From: Methanocaldococcus sp. 16A | GTDB lineage: Archaea; AGJL01; Methanococci; Methanococcales; Methanocaldococcaceae | Assembly: GCA_049860595.1 (NCBI GenBank) | Contig: CP187551.1 | Length of the DNA stretch: 64,000 bases | Reading direction: 5' to 3' (one strand) | Shown: positions 48,521 to 58,081 of the stretch, piece after piece | How the letters are laid out: every line of letters begins with the position of its first letter | Position numbering within the stretch: position 1 is the stretch's first letter | Translations under genes and position numbers: made by a program | Notes under the pieces: generated by a model | The model's database searches: none | What the model was told of the DNA's origin: nothing | The model's input: only the letters and a program-made list of their open reading frames with translations

Positions 48521-49189
48521 ATGTGTGAAGGAAATATACCTGTTATTGGAGAAAAATTTCCAGAAGTAGAAGTTAAAACTACTCATGGAACTATTAAATT
48601 ACCAGATTATTATGTAGAAAAAGGTAAATGGTTTGTATTATTTAGCCATCCTGCTGACTTCACACCAGTTTGTACAACAGAGTTTGTAGGATTCCAAAAA
48701 AGATACGATGAGTTTAGAAAACTAAATACTGAATTGATTGGGTTAAGTATAGACCAAGTTTTCTCTCATCTAAAGTGGACTGAATGGATAAAAGAAAAAT
48801 TAAATGTAGAAATTGAGTTCCCAATTATAGCAGATGATAGAGGGGAATTAGCAGAGAAATTAGGAATGATAAGCCCATACAAAGGGAATAATACAGTTAG
48901 AGCTGTATTCGTTGTAGATAACAAAGGGATAATTAGGGCTATCATCTACTACCCACAAGAAGTTGGTAGAAACTTAGATGAAATTGTTAGATTGGTTAAA
49001 GCTCTTCAAGTTTCAGATGAGAAAGGAGTAGCAATGCCTGCAAACTGGCCAGAAAATGATATAATTGGCGATAAAGTTATAATTCCTCCTGCATCATCAA
49101 TAAATGAGATAAAGCAGAGAAAAGAGGCTTGTGAAAAAGGAGAAATTGAGTGCTTAGATTGGTGGTTCTGCTACAAAAAGTTAGAATAG
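48521..49189 (+). CDS. Peroxiredoxin (Prx6/archaeal type)
   Basis: [14 protein letters not shown] and CLDWWFC motifs. Confidence 0.96.
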   Translation: MCEGNIPVIGEKFPEVEVKTTHGTIKLPDYYVEKGKWFVLFSHPADFTPVCTTEFVGFQKRYDEFRKLNTELIGLSIDQVFSHLKWTEWIKEKLNVEIEFPIIADDRGELAEKLGMISPYKGNNTVRAVFVVDNKGIIRAIIYYPQEVGRNLDEIVRLVKALQVSDEKGVAMPANWPENDIIGDKVIIPPASSINEIKQRKEACEKGEIECLDWWFCYKKLE

Positions 49190-49255
49190 ATTAAATTTTA
49201 TTATTTAAATTTTAGTTGTGATACTTTATGATAGAGCTTAAAGTAGCATGTAAAT

Positions 49256-49300
49256 TATAGTTTTGTGCAAAAATATGTAAATTAAATAAGGCATTAATAA
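49256..49300. mobile_element. Truncated family B repeat (one TIR)
   Basis: TATAGTTTTGTGCAAAA followed by AATAAGGCATTAA, the reverse complement of TTAATGCCTTATT inside the 32202-32318 copy. Confidence 0.7.
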
Positions 49301-49366
49301 ATATCGTCCTATTAAATGACTGAGCAGTGTTTGATTAATAAAAATCTTAAATAATAGGGGAATTTT

Positions 49367-49954
49367 ATGAAAGAAACCATTGTAAATTTGATAAAAGCAT
49401 ATATTGGAGAGAGTTTAGCAAGAAACAGATATACATGCTATGCAAAAATTGCAAAGCATGAAGGATATGAGCAGATAGCTGATATATTTTTATTAACTGC
49501 TGAAAATGAGAGAGAACATGCTAAATGGCTATATTATTTAATAACTGAACTAAAAAAGAAATACAACATTAATGAAAATTCAATAAAAGTTGATGATGTG
49601 GACGTTCCAATTGTTTTAGGAAATACCGCTGAAAATTTGAAAGCTTCTATTGAAGGAGAACATTATGAACACACAGAGATGTATCCAAAGTTTGCTGAAA
49701 TTGCAGAGAAAGAAGGGTTAAAAGAAATAGCTGAAAGGTTGAGAGCTATTGCAATAGCAGAAAAGCATCATGAAGAAAGATTTAAAAAATTATTAAAAGA
49801 GCTTGAAAACGGAACATTATATAAGAAAAATGAACCTGTAGAGTGGGTTTGTAAAAAATGCGGCTATACTCATCTTGGAAATGAACCTCCTGAAGAATGT
49901 CCATCTTGTAGTCATCCAAGAAAATACTTTGAAGTTAAATGTGAAAAATACTAA
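49367..49954 (+). CDS. rbr: Rubrerythrin
   Basis: GESLARNRY, ENEREHA, GEHYE, EKHHE and a C-terminal CKKCG...CPSC domain. Confidence 0.95.
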   Translation: MKETIVNLIKAYIGESLARNRYTCYAKIAKHEGYEQIADIFLLTAENEREHAKWLYYLITELKKKYNINENSIKVDDVDVPIVLGNTAENLKASIEGEHYEHTEMYPKFAEIAEKEGLKEIAERLRAIAIAEKHHEERFKKLLKELENGTLYKKNEPVEWVCKKCGYTHLGNEPPEECPSCSHPRKYFEVKCEKY

Positions 49955-49968
49955 AATGGGGAGGAAAT

Positions 49969-50319
49969 ATGAAAGTTGCATTCTTAATTTTCTCATATTC
50001 AAACAAAGATAAACCCAACATGCCAGTAATGTTCCACACATTGTTGTTTGCAAATGAGATGAAAGAAAAAGGGGATGAAGTAAAGATTATATTAGAGGGG
50101 GAGGGAGTTCTATGGGCAAAAGATTTATTAAGTGAGAATCATCCATTAAAAAATCATTTTGAAAAATTAAAAGATGATCTTGTAGTTTGTGAGGCATGTG
50201 CAAGTATGTTTAACATTAAAGATGAAATTAAAGGAAAATTAAAGTTGGAGAATGATTTATTTGGGCATATTAGCTTAAAGAAATATTTGGATGAGGGCTA
50301 TAGAATAATTGAACTTTAA
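49969..50319 (+). CDS. DsrE/DsrF-like protein
   Basis: VKIILEGEGV and VCEACA motifs. Confidence 0.75.
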   Translation: MKVAFLIFSYSNKDKPNMPVMFHTLLFANEMKEKGDEVKIILEGEGVLWAKDLLSENHPLKNHFEKLKDDLVVCEACASMFNIKDEIKGKLKLENDLFGHISLKKYLDEGYRIIEL

Positions 50320-50382
50320 AAATTAAATTTTTTATAATTATATTTTATAATTATAATCTCTTTTTTATTATAGGTGATTTTA

Positions 50383-51555
50383 ATGGTTGTTGAAATAAAG
50401 AAGGATATATTTTGGGTTGGTGTAATTGATTGGGAAATTAGGAATTTTCACGGCCATGAAACTCCATACGGTTCAACTTATAACTCATATTTAATAAAGG
50501 ATGAGAAAAATGTTCTCATTGACACTGCAAAAGATTATATGTTCATTGAATTAATAAACGGAATCTCAAATGTAATAAATCCAAAAGATATTGATTATAT
50601 AGTAGTTAATCACGTAGAGAAAGACCACAGTGGTTGTGTAGATAAATTAGTTGAAATTAGTAATGCTACTATAATAACCAACGAAAAAGGGAAAGAGCAT
50701 TTATCTTTATATTATGACACTGAAGGATGGAACTTTATTGTTGTAGATTCTGGAGATGAAATAAATATTGGAAATAGGACCTTAAAGTTTATAAGAACTT
50801 CAATGCTCCACTGGCCAGATAATATGATAACTTATTGTATAGAAGATAAGATTTTATTTTCAAACGATGCATTTGGACAACATATAGCAACTTCTGAAAG
50901 ATTTGACTATGAAATTGGAAAAATAATTTTTGAGCATGCAAAGGAGTATTTTGCAAATATTTTAATGCCATATAAAATGCTTATTCCTGATGTTGTAAAT
51001 TCTGTCAAAGAATTAGATATCGAGTTCATATGTCCTTCTCATGGAGTAATATGGAAAGAATACATAAACGAAATAATTGACAAATATTACGAATGGGCTA
51101 CTAACAAAACAAAAAATAAAGCAGTTATTGTTTATGACACAATGTATGGCTCTACTCAAAAGATAGCTCATGCAATTGCTGAGGGATTAATGGAAAAAGG
51201 TGTAGAAGTAAAGATTTATAGAGTTTCTGAAACTCCATTGAGTTTAATTATGACTGAAATCTTAGATGCAAAATATGTACTAATTGGCTCGCCAACTTTA
51301 AATAGAAATGTATATCCTGAAGTAGGTAAATTTTTATCATATATGGCGTGTATAAGACCTTACGATAAAATAGGAGTCGCATTTGGCTCTTATGGATGGA
51401 TGGAATGTGCTACTGAGAAGATTAAAATATTGATGGATAATTTAGGCTATAAGATAGTTGATGATGAATCTCTAAAAGTTAGATTTGCTCCTAAAGAAGA
51501 AGATTTAAAGAAATGTTATGAATTTGGTAAAAGATTAGCAGAAGAAGATTTATAA
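50383..51555 (+). CDS. Flavodiiron protein (FprA family, second paralogue)
   Basis: [22 protein letters not shown] and YDTMYGST motifs. Confidence 0.93.
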   Translation: MVVEIKKDIFWVGVIDWEIRNFHGHETPYGSTYNSYLIKDEKNVLIDTAKDYMFIELINGISNVINPKDIDYIVVNHVEKDHSGCVDKLVEISNATIITNEKGKEHLSLYYDTEGWNFIVVDSGDEINIGNRTLKFIRTSMLHWPDNMITYCIEDKILFSNDAFGQHIATSERFDYEIGKIIFEHAKEYFANILMPYKMLIPDVVNSVKELDIEFICPSHGVIWKEYINEIIDKYYEWATNKTKNKAVIVYDTMYGSTQKIAHAIAEGLMEKGVEVKIYRVSETPLSLIMTEILDAKYVLIGSPTLNRNVYPEVGKFLSYMACIRPYDKIGVAFGSYGWMECATEKIKILMDNLGYKIVDDESLKVRFAPKEEDLKKCYEFGKRLAEEDL

Positions 51556-51603
51556 CATTTTCAATTTTTTATTTAATTTTATTTTTTTATTTAGGGTGAA
51601 ATT

Positions 51604-52194
51604 ATGAAAATCTTTGGAATAAGTGGAAGTCCAAGATTGCAAGGAACTCATTTTGCAGTAAATTATGCTTTAGAATATTTAAAAGAGAAGGGAGCAGAGG
51701 TTAGGTATTTTTCTGTTCATAGAAAGACTATAAATTTTTGTATCCATTGTGATTACTGTATAAAAAAGAAAGAAGGTTGCATACATAAAGATGATATGGA
51801 GGAGGTTTATGAAAACCTTATCTGGGCTGATGGAATTATAATAGGAACTCCAGTTTATCAAGGAAATGTAACAGGACAATTAAAAACATTAATGGATAGA
51901 TGTAGAGCAATATTAGCAAAAAATCCTAAGATTTTGAGAGGTAAAATTGGAATGGGCATTGCTATTGGTGGAGATAGAAACGGTGGGCAAGAGATTGCTT
52001 TAAGGACAATACATGACTTTTTTATAATAAATGAAATGATTCCTGTGGGAGGGGGTTCTTTTGGAGCTAACTTGGGAGCTACGTTTTGGTCTAAAGATAA
52101 AGGTAAAAAAGGTATTGAAGAAGATGAGGAAGGGTTGAGAGTTTTGAGAAAAACACTTAATAGATTTTATGGGGTCTTAAAAAGCACTAAATAA
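51604..52194 (+). CDS. Iron-sulfur flavoprotein (Isf)
   Basis: ISGSPR, CIHCDYC.....C, GTPVY and GGDRNGGQE motifs. Confidence 0.92.
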   Translation: MKIFGISGSPRLQGTHFAVNYALEYLKEKGAEVRYFSVHRKTINFCIHCDYCIKKKEGCIHKDDMEEVYENLIWADGIIIGTPVYQGNVTGQLKTLMDRCRAILAKNPKILRGKIGMGIAIGGDRNGGQEIALRTIHDFFIINEMIPVGGGSFGANLGATFWSKDKGKKGIEEDEEGLRVLRKTLNRFYGVLKSTK

Positions 52195-52206
52195 AGAGGG
52201 ATAACA

Positions 52207-52779
52207 ATGCTAAAAATTGCATGGGGAATAACTGGATGTGGGGATAAACTTCCAGAAGTTGTTGAAATAATGAGAAATTTAAAAAATAAGTATAATTTAG
52301 ATATTGACGTATATTTATCAAAAAATGCAAAGATTGTTGTAAAGTGGTATAAACTTTGGCAAGTTTTAGAAGATGAGTTTTATGATTTAAGGGTTGAGGT
52401 TAATGCAAACTCTCCATTTTTGGTAGGAAAATTACAAACTGGAAAGTATGATTTATTTTTAGTAGCTCCAGCAACGGCAAATACAACAGCAAAGATTGCC
52501 TATGGTATAGCAGATACATTAATAACCAACTCAGTTGCCCAAGCAATGAAGGCGAGAGTTCCTGTCTATATCTTCCCACCAGATAATAAAAAAGGAAAAA
52601 TAGAAACAATCCTTCCAGGAAATAAAAAATTAACATTATACATGAGAGATGTTGATGTTGAAAATGTTGAAAAAATTAGAAGAATGGAAGGAATTGAAGT
52701 TTTAGATAAACCAGAAGATATAGAGAAGGTTATTTTAAAGCATATAGAAATGAAAAAGCAGAAAGAAAAAGAAGAATAA
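52207..52779 (+). CDS. afpA: Archaeoflavoprotein AfpA family
   Basis: IAWGITGCG and APATANTTAKIAYGIADTLITN motifs. Confidence 0.88.
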   Translation: MLKIAWGITGCGDKLPEVVEIMRNLKNKYNLDIDVYLSKNAKIVVKWYKLWQVLEDEFYDLRVEVNANSPFLVGKLQTGKYDLFLVAPATANTTAKIAYGIADTLITNSVAQAMKARVPVYIFPPDNKKGKIETILPGNKKLTLYMRDVDVENVEKIRRMEGIEVLDKPEDIEKVILKHIEMKKQKEKEE

Positions 52780-52864
52780 ATTTTAATAATTTTTTATTTT
52801 ACTAAATCTATTAATCTAAATTCATTATTTTAATGTGAATATCGTTTTCAATAAAATTTTTGGA

Positions 52865-52895
52865 GACGATTTTCAAACCGTTAATGTTATTTATT
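52865..52895 (+). promoter_or_regulatory. Ptr2-like operator plus TATA upstream of cooS
   Basis: GACGATTTTCAAACC-GTTAATGT-TATTTAT, the same layout as TTCGAATTTCGAACC-ATTAATAT-TATATAA at the rubrerythrin promoter. Confidence 0.55.
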
Positions 52896-52951
52896 CGTTA
52901 CTATATTAATGATTATCGTAAATCAAGTTAAAAATATACTTGGTGATAGGT

Positions 52952-54826
52952 ATGAAAAACTGCATCGCTGCCATACCAGAAATTAAAGAGATGGTTGAAA
53001 AGGCAAAGTTAAAAGGTATTGAAACTCCTCACACAAGATTCCCAAATCAATTTCCAAAATGTCCTTATGGATTAAAGGGGGTTTACTGTATATTATGTGC
53101 TAACGGACCTTGTAGGATAACTGAAAAAACTCCTTATGGTGTTTGTGGAGCTACAGCAGATGTTATAGTTGCAAGAAACCTCTGCAGAGCTGTTGCTGCT
53201 GGAGCTTCATGTTATGTTCACTGTGCTGAAAACGCTGCAAGAGCATTATTGTCAGCAGGTAAAGGAGAAGGTAATTATGAAATAAGAAATGAGAAAAAAT
53301 TAAGATTTTTAGCAAAAAAACTTGGCTTTGATGCAAATAAAGATGCTAAGCAGTTGGCTGTTGAAGTTGCTGAGTTCATATTAGAGGATATGTATAAACC
53401 AAGATGGGAAAAGAGTGAATTAGTCCCTAAATTATGTCCAGAAAAGAGATTAGAAGTATTTAAAAAGTTAGATATCCTTCCAGGAGGAGCAAAAGGAGAG
53501 ATTGTTGATGCATTAACAAAGACTTCAACAAACTTAAACAGCAATCCAATGGATTTGTTGGTTCATTGCCTTAGATTAGGATTACATGCTGGATTTACAG
53601 GGCTTTTGATGACATGTTGGTTGAATGACATATTATTTGGCTCACCAAAGATTACAGTTGTAGAAAATGGGTTTAGCTCAGTTAAGCCAAACAACGTAAA
53701 TATTATGATAACAGGACACCAGCATGCATTAATTCAGCCATTATGTGAAGCAGCAATGGAAGAAGATTTAATAAAAATGGCAAAAGAAGCAGGAGCTGAG
53801 GAAATTAAGATTATTGGAGCTACATGTAATGGACAAGATATGGAGACAAGAATTGCTCATTTACCAGAAAGCTTTGTTGGTTACATAGCTAACAACTTTA
53901 CAACAGAGCCATTAGTAGCTACTGGATTAATTGACGCTGTAGTTTCAGAATTCAACTGTACATTCCATGGATTGAAGTTTGTTGCTGAAAAAACCAAAAC
54001 AAAATTAATCTGTATTGACGACATGGCTTACATTGAAGGAGCTGAATACATCCCATGGGAGCCAGAAAATGCAAAAGAAAAAGCAAGAGAGATAATTAAG
54101 AAAGCAATTGAAGCATTTAAAGAGAGGAAGAATATACAGAAAGATTACTATGACACAAAAGTTAAATCAGTTGTTGGAGTTGGAGAAGAGTCATTAGTTG
54201 AGTTCTTAGGAGGTAGTGTAAAGCCATTAATTGATTTAATAGCCAAAGGAAAGATTAAAGGAGTCGTTGGAGTCGTTGGTTGCTCTAATATAGCAAGTGG
54301 AGGACATGATAATGTAATTGTTACATTAACAAAAGAGCTCATCAAGAGAGATATCTTAGTCTTAGCAGGAGGTTGTGTAAATAGTCCATTGAAACACGCA
54401 GGCCTCTTTAATCCTGAAAGTGCTGAATTGGCAGGAGAGAACTTAAAAGAGGTTTGTAAGAGCTTAGGAATTCCTCCAGTATTAAACTTTGGAGCATGTT
54501 TGAGTATTGCAAGAATTGAACAGGTTGCTGTTGCAATTGCTGAAGAATTGGGAGTTGATATCCCAGATTTACCAGTTGCAGCTTCAGCACCTCAGTGGTT
54601 AGAGGAGCAAGCGTTAGCAGATGCAACTTATGCAATAGATATGGGTTTCACCGTCCACGTTTCACCGGTTCCATTTGTTACTGGCAGTGAGTTAGTAACA
54701 AAGGTCTTAACAGAGGCTGTTGAAGGCTTAACAGGAGGTAAATTAATTCCTGAGCCAAATCCATACAAAGCCGCTGATATCTTAGAGAATGTAATTATGG
54801 AGAAGAGAAAGAAATTAGGGATCTAA
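52952..54826 (+). CDS. cooS: Anaerobic CO dehydrogenase catalytic subunit homologue (atypical CooS)
   Basis: CILCANGPC..VCG B-cluster; GHQH, ATCNG, FNC, GCSN, GGC and GAC C-cluster positions; acid-base residues substituted. Confidence 0.92.
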   Translation: MKNCIAAIPEIKEMVEKAKLKGIETPHTRFPNQFPKCPYGLKGVYCILCANGPCRITEKTPYGVCGATADVIVARNLCRAVAAGASCYVHCAENAARALLSAGKGEGNYEIRNEKKLRFLAKKLGFDANKDAKQLAVEVAEFILEDMYKPRWEKSELVPKLCPEKRLEVFKKLDILPGGAKGEIVDALTKTSTNLNSNPMDLLVHCLRLGLHAGFTGLLMTCWLNDILFGSPKITVVENGFSSVKPNNVNIMITGHQHALIQPLCEAAMEEDLIKMAKEAGAEEIKIIGATCNGQDMETRIAHLPESFVGYIANNFTTEPLVATGLIDAVVSEFNCTFHGLKFVAEKTKTKLICIDDMAYIEGAEYIPWEPENAKEKAREIIKKAIEAFKERKNIQKDYYDTKVKSVVGVGEESLVEFLGGSVKPLIDLIAKGKIKGVVGVVGCSNIASGGHDNVIVTLTKELIKRDILVLAGGCVNSPLKHAGLFNPESAELAGENLKEVCKSLGIPPVLNFGACLSIARIEQVAVAIAEELGVDIPDLPVAASAPQWLEEQALADATYAIDMGFTVHVSPVPFVTGSELVTKVLTEAVEGLTGGKLIPEPNPYKAADILENVIMEKRKKLGI

Positions 54827-54896
54827 ATTTCTAATTCAGATTTTTTAATTTTAAATCTTTTTCTTTATTTAAATAAAAATTTAATTAGGTGGAATT

Positions 54897-55793
54897 ATGA
54901 AAATTAGAGGGTTTGAGAGCTCAATGATGGGGAGAGATATAGATTTTATTCCCCCAGCAATGACAAGATTATGTTGCTTAAATGAAATTTCACATGCATT
55001 AGCAGGAGTTATGGCTATTGAGAAAGCTTATAATATATCTATTCCAAATGAAGGGCAGTATTTGAGAGAAATTGCAAGATTGGGGGAGATTGTTGAAGTA
55101 GATGCAATAAAGTTAGATGAATTCATAGATACAGATAAATTAGCAGATATTGGAAACAAAATAAAATCAATCTTAGGAAAAAAAGGAAAATATTTAGCAG
55201 TTGGAGGAGTCTTAGAAAATATAAGTGAAAAAAGAAAAGAAAAATTAATAGATTTAGCAAAAGAGGGATTAAGCTTAGTTGATAAAGATTTTGTTAAGTT
55301 AGTTGATGAGAGAAAGAAAAAGATACCACTACCAGATGTTAATTTAATTGATGGTTACAACTTTGATGTTAATAAAGTAGAAACAAACGGATTACCTAAA
55401 ACTGCTCTTTATGATGGAAAAGCAGTTTATAGTGGAGCTTTAGCAAGAATGTATAAAGAAGGATTAATAAACTCAAAAAATATGTGGGATGTATTATCTT
55501 CAAGGATGATTGAAATAGAATTCTGCTTAAATAAAATTATCATGCTTTTAAACAAATTAAAATTAACTCATCCATACATGGAGCCAATTATAAGGGATGG
55601 AAAGGCTGTTGGGGAAGTTGTTATAGAAGGAGGTGAAGGAATCATTTATCACAAAGTTGAATTACTTGGAAGAGAGATTTTGGATTACACAATATTAACA
55701 AGTGAAAACTTTAACAAAGCAGTATTAGATGGAATAAACAATGAGGAAGCAAAAAGAATCATCCAGCTTTGTGAAAGATGTTACTATTTATAA
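54897..55793 (+). CDS. FrhA-like hydrogenase large-subunit homologue with degenerate NiFe motifs
   Basis: RGFE....GR N-terminus; L1 RLCCLNEISH, L2 LCERCYYL*; only 298 aa. Confidence 0.75.
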   Translation: MKIRGFESSMMGRDIDFIPPAMTRLCCLNEISHALAGVMAIEKAYNISIPNEGQYLREIARLGEIVEVDAIKLDEFIDTDKLADIGNKIKSILGKKGKYLAVGGVLENISEKRKEKLIDLAKEGLSLVDKDFVKLVDERKKKIPLPDVNLIDGYNFDVNKVETNGLPKTALYDGKAVYSGALARMYKEGLINSKNMWDVLSSRMIEIEFCLNKIIMLLNKLKLTHPYMEPIIRDGKAVGEVVIEGGEGIIYHKVELLGREILDYTILTSENFNKAVLDGINNEEAKRIIQLCERCYYL

Positions 55794-55819
55794 ATATTTT
55801 AGCATAAAGAGGTGATTTT

Positions 55820-56479
55820 ATGACCGGATGCGGTTCTTGTGGCAAGATTATCAAAAATATTGAAAAGAAATATTACAACAAATTAAAAGAAAAAGGCATT
55901 GTGTTGGTTGGAGGCGCTGTAAATTTAGATGATGATGAAGAAGTTAAGAAAATAAAGGAAATTAGAAAGAATGCAAAGATATTAATTGCTGTTGGTAGCT
56001 GTGCTGTAAGTGGGGGTTTCCAAAGAATGCTTATTGGATTAGAGAATGGATTTCCACAAAGATTTGTTAAAGTTGGAGATGTTGTTAAGGTAGATTATGC
56101 AATAATTGGCTGCCCACCAGATGAAGAAGAGGTAGAAAAAGTAGTGAGAGCCGTTATTGAAAAAGATACTGCAATAGTTGATTCATATTTAATACTAAAA
56201 CCTTACGAAATTATTGCTGGAAAACCAATTATTGATGCTTACATGAAAGTTAATGAGGTTTTATTAACTTCAAATAAAGAGTTATGTTTAGGATGTGATG
56301 ATAAACCAATAAATGATGAATTCTGCACTGGTTGTGGTACATGCGTTGCTAAATGTCCAGCAAACGCTTTAACAATTGATGAAAAGCCAAAAGTCAATAT
56401 AAGTAAGTGTATTAAGTGTGGTACTTGTTTCTTTAACTGTATAAGAGTAAAAGAGGCACTACCGAGCGAAGCGAGGTAG
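55820..56479 (+). CDS. FrhG-like Fe-S small subunit with ferredoxin domain
   Basis: GCGSC, GSCAVSGG, GCPP, CTGCGTCVAKCP and CIKCGTCFFNC motifs. Confidence 0.87.
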   Translation: MTGCGSCGKIIKNIEKKYYNKLKEKGIVLVGGAVNLDDDEEVKKIKEIRKNAKILIAVGSCAVSGGFQRMLIGLENGFPQRFVKVGDVVKVDYAIIGCPPDEEEVEKVVRAVIEKDTAIVDSYLILKPYEIIAGKPIIDAYMKVNEVLLTSNKELCLGCDDKPINDEFCTGCGTCVAKCPANALTIDEKPKVNISKCIKCGTCFFNCIRVKEALPSEAR

Positions 56480-56520
56480 TGCATCCTGGGTATCCCAATA
56501 GGGCAAAGCCCTATGGGTGT
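56456..56520. repeat. GC-rich double-hairpin element between 23-bp direct repeats
   Basis: GCACTACC-GAGCGAAGCGA-GGTAGTGC and CCCAATAGGGC-AAA-GCCCTATGGG; TGTTTCTTTAACTGTATAAGAGT at 56426-56448 and 56528-56550. Confidence 0.85.
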
Positions 56521-56565
56521 TGGAACATGTTTCTTTAACTGTATAAGAGTTAGAGGTGAGGCATA

Positions 56566-57351
56566 ATGAAATATCTCTCAGTAAAATCAAAATTAAATAT
56601 TGAAGCGCAAGATGGGGGATTCACAACAACCTTTTTAGGTTATTGTTTAGAGAGTGGATTATTAGATGCCGTAGTAGTTGTTAGAGATAAAAATTGGAAA
56701 CCACTTGCTTATTTAGCCACAAACACCGTTGAATTATTAGAATCACCAAAAAGTAAATACTCTATCTCACCAAACAACAAGTTGTTAGAATATGCTACTG
56801 AAAATTATGATAAAGTTGGATTGGTTGGTTTGCCTTGCCATATATTAGGAGGATTGCAGTTTGATTTAGCTTTAAAAGTTGGTTTATTCTGCACCAAAAA
56901 TTTCCACTATGAAACAATAAAAAACATTATAAAAGAGAGATTTGGACTTGATATGGATGAGGTTGTAAAAATGAACATTACAAAAGGAAAATTTGTTGTT
57001 GAAACCTTAAAAAGTACTGATTTAGTCCATTCAGAAAGAGTAGTTTATGAAATTCCAATAAAAGAGATTGAAAAGTTCTGCAACTTAGGATGTAGGGTAT
57101 GTACTGACTTCTCAGCAAAATATGCTGATGTATCAGTTGGAAGTGTTGGTAGTGAGGACGGGTGGAACACTATAATTATAAGAAACAAGAAGGTTGAAGA
57201 TATAATAAATGAAATGGTTGAGAAGGGATTAATTGAAGTTAAAGAAACTGTTGATATTAAAGCGGTTGAAAAATTAGAGAATATTAAAAAGAAAAATGAA
57301 GAAATTAACAAATGTTCTGCATACTTTGCTGTATGCCCAGCTCTATTCTAA
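56566..57351 (+). CDS. FrhB-like F420-binding flavoprotein subunit
   Basis: AQDGGFTT, VGLPC, GLFC, GCRVCTDF and DVSVGSVGS..GW motifs. Confidence 0.9.
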   Translation: MKYLSVKSKLNIEAQDGGFTTTFLGYCLESGLLDAVVVVRDKNWKPLAYLATNTVELLESPKSKYSISPNNKLLEYATENYDKVGLVGLPCHILGGLQFDLALKVGLFCTKNFHYETIKNIIKERFGLDMDEVVKMNITKGKFVVETLKSTDLVHSERVVYEIPIKEIEKFCNLGCRVCTDFSAKYADVSVGSVGSEDGWNTIIIRNKKVEDIINEMVEKGLIEVKETVDIKAVEKLENIKKKNEEINKCSAYFAVCPALF

Positions 57352-57460
57352 CATGTAATGCTTCTATTTTTATTTATTTAACCATAAAAAATATAAATTT
57401 AAACTTAATAAAATTTTTTACATTTTTTACTTTTTTATAATTTTATTTAGAGATGAGAAT

Positions 57461-58081
57461 ATACTAATTAAAAAAATTGAAGCACTATAAAATTCAGAGA
57501 TTAAAGATATTATTGATAAAAGACTCCAAGAATTTAAATCTTTTAAAAATAAATACAATGAAGAATGGTTTAAAGAACTATGTTTTTGCATCTTAACAGC
57601 TAATTTTACAGCTGAAGGAGGAATAAAAATACAGAAAGAAATAGGGGATGGATTTTTAACACTTCCAAGAGAAGAATTAGAAGAAAAATTAAAAAATTTG
57701 GGGCATAGATTTTATAGAAAAAGAGCAGAATATATTGTTTTAGCTCGAAGATTTAAAAATATCAAAGATATCGTTGAGAGTTTTGAAAATGAAAAGATAG
57801 CGAGAGAGTTTTTAGTGAGAAATATAAAAGGGATTGGATATAAGGAAGCAAGCCACTTTTTGAGAAATGTTGGCTATGACGATATTGCCCTAATTTACAG
57901 ACATATACTAAGAGAGCTTTATGAAAACAACTACATTGATGAGATTCCAAAAACATTGAGTAGGAAAAAATATTTAAAAATTGAAAATATATTGAGAGAT
58001 ATTGGGGAGGATGTAGATTTAAAACTCTCTGAATTAGATTTGTATATATGGTATTTAAGGACAGGAAAAGTTTTAAAGTGA
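57461..58081 (+). pseudogene. ogg: 8-oxoguanine DNA glycosylase/AP lyase (Ogg2 type), inactivated
   Basis: In-frame homology extends upstream to ATA 57461 (ILIKKIEAL*NSEIK...ELCFCILTAN) with TAA at 57488-57490. HhH KGIGYKEASHFLRN is intact, but the catalytic D of the D-R-H motif is Y (TAC 57896-57898). Confidence 0.85.

Noticed and set aside
56477-56479. Pyrrolysine decoding of the in-frame TAG
   Set aside because: Methanococcales are not known to have pyl genes, none are in the window, and the read-through segment is repeat-derived.
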